From positions 1,056,001-1,120,000 of the forward strand of contig CAWGJT010000005.1 in assembly GCA_963822965.1 (NCBI GenBank): a stretch of 64,000 bases of DNA, in the 5' to 3' direction. The position numbers and the translations under genes were made by a program. Every line of letters begins with the position of its first letter. Within the stretch, counting starts at the first letter, position 1. Positions 18,991 to 29,133 of this stretch are shown piece by piece. A model generated the notes under the pieces. The model made no database searches and was not told the origin of the DNA. It worked only from the letters and a program-made list of their open reading frames with translations. This stretch comes from an uncultured delta proteobacterium. GTDB lineage: Bacteria > Myxococcota_A > UBA9160 > UBA4427.

Positions 18991-19314
18991 TCAGTGGGCG
19001 AGCCGCTCCCGGGCCGCGTAGCGCCCGCCGGGACGCGCCTCGAAGAGGTTCTCGATCAGCGGATGCCGGCAGGGCTTGCCGCTGTCGTCGGGCACCAGGT
19101 TCTGCTCCGACACGTAAGCCTCGTAGGTGGTCTCCGCGTTCTCCGCCAGCAGGTGGTAGTAGGGCTGGTCCCGTGCCGGACGCACCTCGGCGGGAATCGC
19201 CTGGTACCACTCCTCGGTGTTGCTGAACGTCGGGTCGACGTCGTAGATCACGCCCCGAAACGGGTGGAAGCGGTGGCGGACCACGTCTCCGATCGAGAAC
19301 TTCGCCTGCCTCAC
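18991..19314 (-). CDS. hspQ: Heat shock protein HspQ (YccV-like)
   Basis: AKFSIGDVVRHRFHPFRGVIYDVDP...DQPYYHLLAEN...YVSEQNL. Confidence 0.92.
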   Translation of the reverse strand: MRQAKFSIGDVVRHRFHPFRGVIYDVDPTFSNTEEWYQAIPAEVRPARDQPYYHLLAENAETTYEAYVSEQNLVPDDSGKPCRHPLIENLFEARPGGRYAARERLAH

Positions 19315-19372
19315 CGTGTCCGCGCCCAATGTCGCTCGCCTCTCTTCGGGTCTCACGTCGTGGGGGTCGTGT

Positions 19373-19804
19373 TCAGGCGTCGAAGCGGGCGGCGAGATCG
19401 GCTCGCAGCTTCGCGAGGACGCCCTCGGGCACTTCCTGGCTGCGCGTGATCTGCGGCGGACCCGGCCAGTCGGCGTCCGCGAAGGCGACCCCCTCGTAGG
19501 TGCGCTCGCTCGCATAGCGGGGCAGCACGTGGAAGTGCACGTCCGGGTCCACCATCATGAGCATCAGGTAGTTGATCTTGTCGTTCTGGAAGGCGTCTGC
19601 GAGCACGCTCTCGATCCGCGCCACCACGCGGTGCAGCTCCGCCGACGCGGCCGGACCGATCTGGCCGAAGCGCGAGGCGTCCTCCTTGCAGACGAGCACG
19701 AGGCTCCCGAGGGTCACCTGGGCGGGCCGCAGCAGCACCATCCAGTGGTCGTAGTCGGCGAGCAGGCTGCCGGGATGGCCGAACTTCTTCGCTGTGGCGT
19801 TCAC
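19373..19804 (-). CDS. HIT family protein
   Basis: HVHFH-like DVHFHVLPRY motif, KINYLMLMMVDP. Confidence 0.85.
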   Translation of the reverse strand: MNATAKKFGHPGSLLADYDHWMVLLRPAQVTLGSLVLVCKEDASRFGQIGPAASAELHRVVARIESVLADAFQNDKINYLMLMMVDPDVHFHVLPRYASERTYEGVAFADADWPGPPQITRSQEVPEGVLAKLRADLAARFDA

Positions 19805-19928
19805 CTTCTGCGCTCCATTCGTCTCTCCCCTGGTCCCTTCCTCTCTCGCCTCGGGTCGAGCGTCCGTCCCGCGTCGAGCTTATCACCCGCGAGGACGAGG
19901 CGGACCCGGGCGCGACGCCCGCGACGGC

Positions 19929-21914
19929 TCACTCGCTCCGCAGACCCTCGACCGGATCGAAGCGGGCACCCTGGCGGGCCGGCACCAGGGTGGCACCCAG
20001 GGACAGCACCATCGCCATCGCGACGATCCCGAGCAGCTGCACGGGGTCGTGGTCCGCGGGCAGGGTCGAGAGCTGGTAGATGCTCGCCGGCAGGGTGTCC
20101 ACGCCGGTGATCGCCTCGATGGTGTTCTGGATCCAGTCGAGCCGCGCCGTCACGGCCAGCCCCGCGAGCACCCCCAGCGTGGTGCCCGCCAACCCGATCA
20201 GCGCCCCCTCGATCGCGAACACCCGCTCGATGGCCGCGTCCTCGGCTCCCATCGCCTTCAGGATCGCGATGTCCGAGGACTTCTCCATGATCATCATCAT
20301 CAAGGTCGCGACGATCATGAAGGCCGCGACCACCATGATCATGCCCAGCAGCAGGATCATCATCGAGCGGTTGTCCCGCAGGGCCGCGAAGAAGACCGGG
20401 AAGTGGTCCTTCCAGTCGCGGGTATAGTAGGGCGAGAGCAGCTTCGCACGCACCGCCTCGGCCACGCGGCGCGACGTGTACAGGTCCGGTGTGCGGGCTT
20501 CGATGCCGTCGATGACGTCGCCGCTGCGGCTGAAGTCCTGGGCGTCCGCGAGATTCACGTAGGTGTAGACCTCGCCGAACTGGTGGAGCCGCGAGCGATA
20601 GATTCCGGCGACCCGGAACTTCTTGAGCCGTGGCGCGGGGCCGAGGGGTGTCGGCGGACCGCCGAGGGGCGCGATCAGCACGAGGTCCGCGCCGACGTCC
20701 ACGCCGAGCTTCTCGGCCAGGGGCTCGCCGATGATGATGGCCGACGTCCGGCGCGTGCCGTCCTCCTGGGGCGTGTGCCGCAGCAGGGCCAGGGAGCCGC
20801 TCAGGATGCGGCTGCTCACGTCCGTCACCGTGTCGGCCGTCTCGGGATCGATGCCCCGCAGCCGGATGCCGTAGAGGTTGCCGGACGAGCTCCGCACCAT
20901 GCCCTCGGCGTCGAGGTACGGCGTCGCGGCCACCACGTCGGGCACGTTGCGCACGATCTCCAGGACGCCGGGGTAGTCCTCGATCCGGCCGAGCCCGCTG
21001 TGCACGGTGAAGTGCGCGAGATCGCCCACGATCTGCTCGCGCCAGGCCCGCTCGAAGCCGTTCATCACCGAGAGCACCGTGACGATCAGCCAGACTCCCG
21101 CGGCGATCCCACCGATGCACAGGAGCGTGATGGCGGAGATGTAGACCTGTCGGCGCTGGGCGACGAGATAGCGGATCGCCAGGAACCACTCGGCGGATCG
21201 GCGCATCTCGACGAGTCCGGCCGCCGCCAGGGGCAACAGGCCGAGGACGACCAGGAGCCAGACGAGCTGCAGCAGGGCGCCGCCCACCGCGGCGACCTCG
21301 GGGCTGGGCTCGGGCAGGGCGATGGCGAGCACCGGGCCGATGCACAGGACGGCTCCCAGCAGGGCCAGCGAGGCCTCGCCGCTGCCGCGCCCGCGGCGCG
21401 CGCCCCGGCGCCACCGGCGTCGCACCCAGAGCACCGCCCAGCAGCCGATCACCCCGCCCGCGGGAGCGATCGCGAGCATCGGGCGGCCCGTCGATCCGAT
21501 CATCAGCGCCGACGCGGTTCCGACGACGCAGAGGGTGAGCTTCCCGAGACGTGCGGAGGAGAGGCCGCGCAATCCCAGCCAGCACAGCCCGATGGAGACC
21601 GCGGTGAGCGCCAGGGTGCCCGCGACGACCAGGGCCAGGAAGCCGACCTGCCCCTCGTCGCCGCCGGGAAGCCCGTAGTCCGACCCCAGGGTGACCCCGA
21701 GCCAGGCCATGCCGAATGCGACGGCCAGGCCGAAGAAGACCACCCAGCCGGGCCGGTCGACGGTGCGCGCGAATCGCTCCAGCACGACCACCGCCGAGCT
21801 CACGTAGAAGAGGGCGAGACCGAAGAGCGCGAGCGCGATCATCACGATCACGGTCAGGGTGAGGGTCGTGCCGACCCCCAGCAGCACCTCCCAGACGAAT
21901 CTCGCGATCTCCAC
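19929..21914 (-). CDS. Lipoprotein-releasing ABC permease LolC/E family with long N-terminal membrane extension
   Basis: EWFLAIRYL...VLSVMNGFE...IAILKAMGA...PARQGARFDPVEGLRSE, preceded by ~240 hydrophobic aa. Confidence 0.85.
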   Translation of the reverse strand: MEIARFVWEVLLGVGTTLTLTVIVMIALALFGLALFYVSSAVVVLERFARTVDRPGWVVFFGLAVAFGMAWLGVTLGSDYGLPGGDEGQVGFLALVVAGTLALTAVSIGLCWLGLRGLSSARLGKLTLCVVGTASALMIGSTGRPMLAIAPAGGVIGCWAVLWVRRRWRRGARRGRGSGEASLALLGAVLCIGPVLAIALPEPSPEVAAVGGALLQLVWLLVVLGLLPLAAAGLVEMRRSAEWFLAIRYLVAQRRQVYISAITLLCIGGIAAGVWLIVTVLSVMNGFERAWREQIVGDLAHFTVHSGLGRIEDYPGVLEIVRNVPDVVAATPYLDAEGMVRSSSGNLYGIRLRGIDPETADTVTDVSSRILSGSLALLRHTPQEDGTRRTSAIIIGEPLAEKLGVDVGADLVLIAPLGGPPTPLGPAPRLKKFRVAGIYRSRLHQFGEVYTYVNLADAQDFSRSGDVIDGIEARTPDLYTSRRVAEAVRAKLLSPYYTRDWKDHFPVFFAALRDNRSMMILLLGMIMVVAAFMIVATLMMMIMEKSSDIAILKAMGAEDAAIERVFAIEGALIGLAGTTLGVLAGLAVTARLDWIQNTIEAITGVDTLPASIYQLSTLPADHDPVQLLGIVAMAMVLSLGATLVPARQGARFDPVEGLRSE

Positions 21915-22157
21915 GGGGCTGGCTGGCTCCTTCCGGGTGCTTCGGGCTCGACCGCGACGGCGGGGCATGATTCCGACCCCGACACCGCCATCGACGTGCC
22001 GGCCGGTCTTCCCGCCGACCCTCCTGGGGCGCGGGCTTGCGGGACGGTACTCGAAGACGACGCGATGCCGACCCCCGGCCCGGCGGGGCGGCTGGTGGCG
22101 AACGCTCGCCCGCGGGATCGGCGTCTCCCGGCCGGCGACGCGGCCCGCTCCGCGGGC

Positions 22158-23822
22158 TCACCCGGCGGGCCGGCGCGCGACCGCGAGACGCACCCGGTGC
22201 AGGGATCCGTCCCGCCCCTTCGCGTGCAGCACGAGCGAGCCGCCCTGGGCCGGGATGCGGCTCGCGTCGAAGGCGGCGTGGAGGAAGTAGTCTCCCCATC
22301 GCTCGCTCTCCAGGGGCTCGTCCCCGAGGCGGAGCTCCACCGACGCGAAGGGTCCGGACACGTCGGCCGCCACCGCCACCACGTCGACCCGACCCGCCAG
22401 GGCCTCCGGCTCCGAGGCGTGGGTGCTGGCGGGATGGATGGGTCCGGCACCCCGCGGATCGACGAAGCCCAGCAGCGGCTCGCCCGTCGGCTTCCAGGCC
22501 GAATAGAGGAGACCGTCCCGGGCATAGAAGAGGCGGTAGCCGCGAGAATCGAAGCCGGGCGGAAGCACCCAGCGGAACCCGGAGAGCGCCCCGGTGGTGA
22601 TGTGGGTGACCCCGCCGCCCGGCAACGCGTCCTGGTAGCCGTTGCGGTGCATGTGACCCGCCAGCGCGTACGCGACGCCGTACTTCGCGAAGAGCCCCTC
22701 GTCGTCGGCCGGCTCGTAGTCGTCGTAGTCCCAGACGGGGTCGTTGTGGAAGGGCTCGTGGTTCAGCACCACGATCCGGAGGCCTCGGGAGCTCGCTGCG
22801 GCCAGGTCGGCCTCGAGCCAGTCGCGCACCTCGGGCTCCATCTGCGAGAAGCTCCAGTCGCCCCTCTCTCCCGGCTCGGCCTCGGGCCGGTGCGTGTCCA
22901 GCGCGACGAAGTGGAAGGGGCCCCGATCGAAGCTGTAGTGGGTGGGGCCGAAGTAGCGGCGGAAGAGCTCCTTGCCGTAGCGCGGGTCCGTGAGCGGAAA
23001 GTCGTCGTTGTCGGTCCCGGCCAGCTCGTTGTTGCCGATCGTCTCGTAGACGTCGAGCCCCGCGTCGGCAACGAGGCCCTGGTAGTAGCGGAACCACGAC
23101 TCCACGGGCTCCGGGTCGCCGTCGTTGCCCTCGAGGATCATGTCGCCCGTGCTCACGACGAAGCGCGGCGAGAGCGCCGCCACCTCCGCGAGCGCCCGGG
23201 GGATCTCCTGGCCGGGCACGATGATCCCCGTCGCCGGGTCCGTCGCCATGTCGAGGTAGTCCATCATGATCTCGGAGTCCCAGGCCTCCGACACGTCCCG
23301 GGATCGGGACACCACCTCGCGCAGGGCAGATACGAGCTCTTCGTGCGACTGCGTGGGATACATCCGCCCGATCCAGCGCAGCAGGAGCCAGCCCGCCACC
23401 GGCCGCGGCAGCCACGACGGCAGCGCCTCGTGCATCAGCGCGGCGAAGTCCTCGACCCGGGGGTACGCGTGCACGTCGCTGATCTGCACGAAGAAGAAGT
23501 CGCCCTCGACGGGCCGCGGCACCAGCCCGAAGTCCGCGTCTCCTTCGCCCCGGTGGAACCACACGGGACAGCGGGCGTCGGCGGGACAGCTCACCGCCAC
23601 GAAGCCCGCCCCCTGGTCGGGCAGCGCGTAGCGCCCGTCGGCGCCGCTTGCGACGACCGCGCGCCCGTTGCTCAGGACGACCCCCGACCGCACGGGCTCG
23701 CCGGGGTCGTGGACGCCGTCGGCGTCGAGATCGACGAAGACGAGGCCAGCGTGCTCGGCCGACGCCGGTCGCGCGACCGACGACAGGAGCAGGATGACCA
23801 GCAGGAAGACGGCTCGAATCAT
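22158..23822 (-). CDS. Secreted calcineurin-like metallophosphoesterase
   Basis: Signal peptide, VFVDLDADG N-domain, DVH, GD, GNNE, NHEP, GHMH motifs. Confidence 0.85.
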   Translation of the reverse strand: MIRAVFLLVILLLSSVARPASAEHAGLVFVDLDADGVHDPGEPVRSGVVLSNGRAVVASGADGRYALPDQGAGFVAVSCPADARCPVWFHRGEGDADFGLVPRPVEGDFFFVQISDVHAYPRVEDFAALMHEALPSWLPRPVAGWLLLRWIGRMYPTQSHEELVSALREVVSRSRDVSEAWDSEIMMDYLDMATDPATGIIVPGQEIPRALAEVAALSPRFVVSTGDMILEGNDGDPEPVESWFRYYQGLVADAGLDVYETIGNNELAGTDNDDFPLTDPRYGKELFRRYFGPTHYSFDRGPFHFVALDTHRPEAEPGERGDWSFSQMEPEVRDWLEADLAAASSRGLRIVVLNHEPFHNDPVWDYDDYEPADDEGLFAKYGVAYALAGHMHRNGYQDALPGGGVTHITTGALSGFRWVLPPGFDSRGYRLFYARDGLLYSAWKPTGEPLLGFVDPRGAGPIHPASTHASEPEALAGRVDVVAVAADVSGPFASVELRLGDEPLESERWGDYFLHAAFDASRIPAQGGSLVLHAKGRDGSLHRVRLAVARRPAG

Positions 23823-23913
23823 GCAGCTCCCGGGCTCACGGCGATGCCGCCGATACTACAACGGCCGGCATCCCCGGACGATCGTCCGCAGGGGCCTGCT
23901 GTAATCTCGGCCG

Positions 23914-25356
23914 ATGCTCTTCAACTCGACGGCATTCCTGCTCTTCCTTCCCGTCGTGCTCGTCCTCCATCGGCTGTGTCCACGGCGGGTGAAGAGCGGC
24001 CTGCTGCTGATCGCGAGCTGGGTCTTCTACGCCTTCTGGGACGTGCGCTTCCTCTCGTTGCTCGTGCTGTCGACGGCGGTGGACTTCGTGGTGGCGGGCG
24101 CGATGGAGGGCGCAGCGCCCCGCAAGCGTCGGGCGCTGCTGGCGGTGAGCTTGGTTGCGAACCTCGGCCTGCTGGGCGTCTTCAAGTACCTGGGCTTCTT
24201 CGTCGCGGAGATGCGCGGGCTGCTGGCCGCCGCCGGCCTGGGAGCCCTCGACTCGCCCGCTCTCGACCTGGTGCTCCCCATGGGCATCTCCTTCTACACG
24301 TTCCAGACCCTCGCCTACACGATCGACGTCTATCGCGGCACCCTGCGTCCGTGCCGCAACCCCATCGACTACGCGCTCTTCGTCGCCTACTTCCCGCAGC
24401 TCGTGGCGGGCCCGATCGAGCGCGCCTCGCGCCTGCTCCCGCAGATCGAGGCGCACCCGAAGCCCACCCGCGCGACGTTCCACTCGGGCCTGGCGCTGAT
24501 GGTGATCGGCCTGTTCAAGAAGGTGGTGATGGGAGACGGACTGCTCGCCCCGTACGTGGACACGGCCTTCGCCGACCCGGGTGCCTGCCACGCGCCATAC
24601 CTCTTCCTGGCGGCCCTGCTCTTCTCCCTCGAGCTCTACTTCGACTTCTCGGGCTACAGCGACATCGCCCGGGGCGTGAGCCGCATGCTCGGCATCGAGC
24701 TGATGGTCAACTTCACCCAGCCCCTGCTCTCCGTGAACATCGCGGAGTTCTGGCGGCGCTGGCACGTCTCGCTGTCGACCTGGCTGCGCGACTACCTCTA
24801 CGTGCCCCTCGGAGGCAACCGCGGACCGGTCTGGCAGACCTACCGCAACCTCATGCTCACCATGCTGCTGGGCGGCCTGTGGCACGGCGCGAGCTGGAAC
24901 TTCGTGCTGTGGGGAGGGCTCCATGGCGTCTACCTGGCGCTGCATCGCGCGTTCCTTCGCGGCCGGAGGAGCAGCGCCCCCGCCCGCCGGGGCTCCCGAT
25001 CCGCCGCGCTGCTCGCTGCAGGCTCGACACTCCTGGGTGTGATCGGGACGAACCTGCTGGTGGCCGGCACGCTGATCCTGTTCCGCGCACCCGATCTCGC
25101 GACCGCCGGCGACTACTTCGCCGGACTCGCGCCGCTGGTCGAGGATCCCGGGATGGCCGCCCTCGCGCTGTGCGCCCTGGCCCTTCACCTGCTGGTGGTG
25201 CTGGCGTTCGATCTCGCGCCCCGGCTCACGGGTCGGGACGACGCGACGGAGCTGCTGCCGGGCTGGGCGCGCACGTGCACCTACGCGATCCTGGGCATCG
25301 CGATCTGGACCGCGTGGCCGGCCGACCGCTCTCCGTTCATCTACTTCCAGTTCTGA
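23914..25356 (+). CDS. MBOAT O-acyltransferase (AlgI/DltB-like)
   Basis: MLFNS, PMGISFYTFQ, FPQLVAGPIERA, DFSGYSDIA, FWRRWHVSLSTWLRDYLY, GLWHGASWNF, C-terminal FIYFQF. Confidence 0.95.
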   Translation: MLFNSTAFLLFLPVVLVLHRLCPRRVKSGLLLIASWVFYAFWDVRFLSLLVLSTAVDFVVAGAMEGAAPRKRRALLAVSLVANLGLLGVFKYLGFFVAEMRGLLAAAGLGALDSPALDLVLPMGISFYTFQTLAYTIDVYRGTLRPCRNPIDYALFVAYFPQLVAGPIERASRLLPQIEAHPKPTRATFHSGLALMVIGLFKKVVMGDGLLAPYVDTAFADPGACHAPYLFLAALLFSLELYFDFSGYSDIARGVSRMLGIELMVNFTQPLLSVNIAEFWRRWHVSLSTWLRDYLYVPLGGNRGPVWQTYRNLMLTMLLGGLWHGASWNFVLWGGLHGVYLALHRAFLRGRRSSAPARRGSRSAALLAAGSTLLGVIGTNLLVAGTLILFRAPDLATAGDYFAGLAPLVEDPGMAALALCALALHLLVVLAFDLAPRLTGRDDATELLPGWARTCTYAILGIAIWTAWPADRSPFIYFQF

Positions 25357-25429
25357 GGGGAACGCCGGGACGTCGTGAGCCAGACTGACGGAGACGAAGC
25401 GTGAACCACCGAGACGGAGTCGAGACGCG

Positions 25430-26410
25430 GTGAGCCACCGGGACTTCCTGCTGGCGGCCGTGCTGCTGATGGCCAGCAACGTGCTCTGGTGCGGCGCCGG
25501 GGACGAGCACACGCCGGAGGGCGCCCGCGTCTTCTCCTACCGCAGGACACTGGGCGAGCTGCGACGCATGCCCGCGACGCCACCGGCGGAGCTGCTGGTC
25601 CTGGGCGACAGCCGAACCCGGCAGCTCGACGTGGACGCCGTCTGCGCCGCCATGACGCCCCGTCCGGCGCGCTGCATCAATGCCTCCTCGACGGCGGGCG
25701 ACTGGGTGACCGCCTGGGACCTGTACCGAGCCGCCGAGCCGCTACTCGCGGCGGACGCGACCATCGTGCTGGCGGTATCCGACTACTGGCTCGAGATGGG
25801 CGGCCGGGATGCCCTCGGCCTGATTCCCCGGAGCCTCGCCTACGCGCGGCTGGGCGACCCGATGACGACGGTCGCCTCGTACCTGCCGGCGAGCCGCACC
25901 CGCGCCGCGCGGATGCAGGCGGTGCGCGAAGCCCTCGAGCGGGCCGCGCGCAGCCTGCAGGCGGCGCTGACCGACCTGCCCGAATCGCCCGTCCCGAGCG
26001 ACGCGCCGGCCGGCGACGTCGACCTGCCGCACTCGAACGTCGACGAGTGGTTCCGTCCCACCCGCGAGACCGATCGCGTCGCGCAGCTCGCGCGCGCGAG
26101 TCGTCTGCTCGACGCGCTGCAGACCGGACGGCACCGTGTGGTGCTGGTCTACCTGCCGAATCCCGCCGTACGCGACGGCTACGTGGACGAGCGCTACCCC
26201 GGGCGTCGCGATCGATTCTTCGGCGCGCTGCGGCAGCTGGCGGCCCTGCACGAGGTGCCCGTCGTGGACCTGTCGGGTCGCCTCCCGGCGCGCCGTCTCT
26301 ACCGCGACTTCCATCACCTGAACCGGCGTGGCAGGAAGGCGATCGTTCCGATCCTCGCGCGGGAGCTCGACCGGGCCGGGTCGCGCGCCGCGGCGAAGCC
26401 GACGGGCTGA
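25430..26410 (+). CDS. SGNH-type partner of MBOAT (AlgJ/DltD-like)
   Basis: LGDSRT and DFHHLN catalytic motifs; directly downstream of the MBOAT gene. Confidence 0.7.
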   Translation: MSHRDFLLAAVLLMASNVLWCGAGDEHTPEGARVFSYRRTLGELRRMPATPPAELLVLGDSRTRQLDVDAVCAAMTPRPARCINASSTAGDWVTAWDLYRAAEPLLAADATIVLAVSDYWLEMGGRDALGLIPRSLAYARLGDPMTTVASYLPASRTRAARMQAVREALERAARSLQAALTDLPESPVPSDAPAGDVDLPHSNVDEWFRPTRETDRVAQLARASRLLDALQTGRHRVVLVYLPNPAVRDGYVDERYPGRRDRFFGALRQLAALHEVPVVDLSGRLPARRLYRDFHHLNRRGRKAIVPILARELDRAGSRAAAKPTG

Positions 26411-26413
26411 CCG

Positions 26414-27232
26414 ATGGTGGTGGTCGAGCTGCGCGATCGCGCACGAATCGAAGCCTTCCTGCGGCGCGACAGTGCGGCGCACGTCTACGCCCTCGCGGAC
26501 CTCGACGCGCCCTTCTGGCCGGACACCCGCTGGCTCGCGGGGCTCGAGGGGGACGAGGTCGTGGCTCTCGTCCTGCTGCTGCAAGGACTGGCGATGCCGA
26601 TCGTCTACGCGATCTGCCCGCGCGACCACGAGCCCACGGCACGGCTCCTGGCGCGCGTCGCTCCCGAGCTGCCGGATCGCTTCTTCTACAACCTGGGCCC
26701 GGGCCTCGCCGCACGCCTGCAGCCGGGCTTCAGCATCGCGTCCGCCGGCACGTACTGGAAGATGCGCTTCGTCGCCCCTGCGTCGCACGCGCACGCTGCC
26801 GTCGACGCCGGAATCGTCCGGCTGGGACCCGAGGACCTGGAGGAGCTGCGCGCCTTCCTCGATCGCGACGCCTATCTCGCCCACGAGACGGGCGGCCTCT
26901 TCTTCGAGCCCCGGATGCTCGCGTCGGGCGGCTACCGCGGCCTGCGCGAGGGCGGCGCCCTGGTCGCGGTGGCCGGGCTGCACGTCCACTCGAGCCGCTA
27001 CGGGGTGGCCGCCGTCGGCAACGTCGTGACGCGGCCTGCCGCACGGGGCCGCGGCCTGGCACGCCGCGTGTCGGCGGCCGTGCTCGAGGCGCTCGGCCCG
27101 GAGATCGAGACCGTCGGGCTCAACGTCCACGAGCAAAACGAGCCCGCCCTGCGCTGCTACCGCGGCCTGGGCTTCGAGCCCGTGTGTCCCTACGAGGAAG
27201 GCGTCGCGACGCGCTCGGGCCGGAGCGACTGA
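26414..27232 (+). CDS. GNAT family N-acetyltransferase
   Basis: VGNVVTRPAARGRGLA, LNV...NEPALRCYRGLGF. Confidence 0.88.
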   Translation: MVVVELRDRARIEAFLRRDSAAHVYALADLDAPFWPDTRWLAGLEGDEVVALVLLLQGLAMPIVYAICPRDHEPTARLLARVAPELPDRFFYNLGPGLAARLQPGFSIASAGTYWKMRFVAPASHAHAAVDAGIVRLGPEDLEELRAFLDRDAYLAHETGGLFFEPRMLASGGYRGLREGGALVAVAGLHVHSSRYGVAAVGNVVTRPAARGRGLARRVSAAVLEALGPEIETVGLNVHEQNEPALRCYRGLGFEPVCPYEEGVATRSGRSD

Positions 27233-28431
27233 CCGGACCGCTTCTGCAGCGCCAGGCGGCATGCCTCCACGATGTGCTCGACCATGGCATCGAGGGTCGC
27301 CTCCTCTTCCGCCAGCCGGCGACCGGCTTCGCCCATGCGGGCCGCGCGCTCCGGGTCGCGTGCCAGCGATTCGATGGCGCCCCGGAAGTCTGCGACCTCA
27401 CCCGCCGTCGGCCGGATGCCCGTCTCGCCGTCGCGCACCAGGTCGTACTCGGTTCCGTCGGCCTGGTGGACGATCACGGGCAGCCGGCGGGCCAGGGCCT
27501 CGGAGATCACCATCCCACCGCGTCCGGGCAACGCCAGCACGTCGGCGGCCCGGTAGTACCGAGCCAGCTCTCCGGGCGGTACCGGCCCGGTGAACACGAC
27601 GTTCGTCGTGCCGCGCTCGCGCAGCCGCGCCCGCAGGGGCTCGAGCAGGGGGCCGCCGCCCACCACCAGTGCGCCCACCCGTTCGGGATCGAGACCGGCG
27701 ACCGCGTCGACCAGCACGTCGGTCCGCTTGTCCGCCTCGAGGGCGCCGACGGAGATCACGGTGAAGCGTTCGCCAAGCCCCAGCGCGGCCCGGGCCTCGC
27801 TGCGGGTCGAGCGGAGGGCATCGGCCGCCGCCCGGTGCCGGTCGACGTCCGAGACGTTCACCGCCACGACCACGTCCTCGGGCGCGTGTCCCATGGCGAC
27901 CATCACGTCCCGCCCGTAGCTCGAGTACACGAGGAAGGCATCCGCCAGGCCCTGCAGACGAAGCTTGACGCGATTCACCAGGCGACTCGCATGATCGACG
28001 CCCGGCAGCCCTCCCAGGCTCCAGTGCACCAGTCCGCGGTCGCGACTCCTCCCCCGCACCCGGGCCGCCGTCAGGAACCCCAGCAGGTGGCTCTCGCCCT
28101 CGGCGAGCACCACGTCCGGCCCGAACTCGCGGAGCGCGGTGGCGAGGCCCCGGTGGAGCGGCAGCACCCGGCGACCGAGGCCCAGCCAGCGGGTCGGGAG
28201 CCGCACCACGTCGAGTGGGGACAGGTCCGGGGCGCTTCGGACCTTGCTTTCCGGCAGGTCCTCGCCGATGAAGAGACGAACCCGAAGATCCGGCCGGGCG
28301 GCGAGCCGGCGAAACAGCTCGAGGCGGTAGCTCGTGCACACCCGCTGCAGGATGGCCAGGGACAGGGGGCGCGTCGCGGGCGGCTCGGGAGAGCCGTCTG
28401 GCGCGGCGGGGGCGTCGGGTTGGAAGGACAC
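27190..28431 (-). CDS. Glycosyltransferase family 4
   Basis: ISVGALEADK, YRAADVLALP, GMVISEALA, GETG motifs; start estimated. Confidence 0.88.
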   Translation of the reverse strand: MSFQPDAPAAPDGSPEPPATRPLSLAILQRVCTSYRLELFRRLAARPDLRVRLFIGEDLPESKVRSAPDLSPLDVVRLPTRWLGLGRRVLPLHRGLATALREFGPDVVLAEGESHLLGFLTAARVRGRSRDRGLVHWSLGGLPGVDHASRLVNRVKLRLQGLADAFLVYSSYGRDVMVAMGHAPEDVVVAVNVSDVDRHRAAADALRSTRSEARAALGLGERFTVISVGALEADKRTDVLVDAVAGLDPERVGALVVGGGPLLEPLRARLRERGTTNVVFTGPVPPGELARYYRAADVLALPGRGGMVISEALARRLPVIVHQADGTEYDLVRDGETGIRPTAGEVADFRGAIESLARDPERAARMGEAGRRLAEEEATLDAMVEHIVEACRLALQKRSGQSLRPERVATPSS

Positions 28432-28515
28432 GGACGGCAAGCCTGCGCGAATCACCAGGGGGGTGCAATACGCGCGAGCGGTCTACAGTTTGCGTGTTCG
28501 GGGTGGGGGGTCCGC

Positions 28516-29133
28516 ATGACGCACGACCACAGGACGACCGCAGTGCGCGCCCTCGGCGGCGCGACGCTTTGCCTGCTTCTGATTCCGCTGCTGCTGGCAG
28601 CCCCGGCCGCCAGGGCGGGCGAGCCCATGTTCGGCGGGGAAGACTGGTACGTGACCGCCGCCGGCATCGTGGGCATCGACAACGCCGGCGTGCGCGGCGG
28701 GAAGCCGAGCGGGGGCGCTCTCCTCTCGGCGGGCTTCCGCTTCAATCGCTGGTTCGCCACCGAGGTGGGCGGCGAATGGGCCCAGCGCTTCCGCTACGAC
28801 GAAGGCACCGGGCCGGTGAGCTGCACCGGAACGGGGGGCGAGAGCCGCCGCTTCACCGCCTGGCAGGTCACCGCGGGCGGACGCCTCTACTTCTCCGAGG
28901 GCCAGTTCCAGCCCTTCCTGCTGGGCCACGGTGGCTTCATCCAGACCCGCGACAGCGGCGGAGGCCGCTCCTGCATGGGCACGGGCTTCGTGGCCCGCAT
29001 GGGCGGGGGCATGGAGGTGTTCGTCACCAACGGCCTGGCGGTGAGCCTGATCGGCGCCTACGTGCTGCCGGCCAGCGGGAAGGCCGAGGGCCACGACTAC
29101 GTGAGCATCGGGCTCGGCATCACCTGGTACTGA
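28516..29133 (+). CDS. Outer-membrane beta-barrel protein (OmpA-like/porin family)
   Basis: Signal peptide, GFRFNRWFATEVG, QFQPFLLG, C-terminal GLGITWY aromatic signature. Confidence 0.8.
   Translation: MTHDHRTTAVRALGGATLCLLLIPLLLAAPAARAGEPMFGGEDWYVTAAGIVGIDNAGVRGGKPSGGALLSAGFRFNRWFATEVGGEWAQRFRYDEGTGPVSCTGTGGESRRFTAWQVTAGGRLYFSEGQFQPFLLGHGGFIQTRDSGGGRSCMGTGFVARMGGGMEVFVTNGLAVSLIGAYVLPASGKAEGHDYVSIGLGITWY

Noticed and set aside
19794..25388. Very long alternative ORFs (1864 aa, 1253 aa, 1214 aa and similar)
   Set aside because: Shadow ORFs typical of high-GC DNA: R/G/A/P-rich, no motifs, overlapping well-supported genes
28479..28494. Sigma54 promoter for the OM beta-barrel gene
   Set aside because: GG-N10-GC spacing is present but the -24 element (CGGTCT) is a poor match and would leave almost no leader
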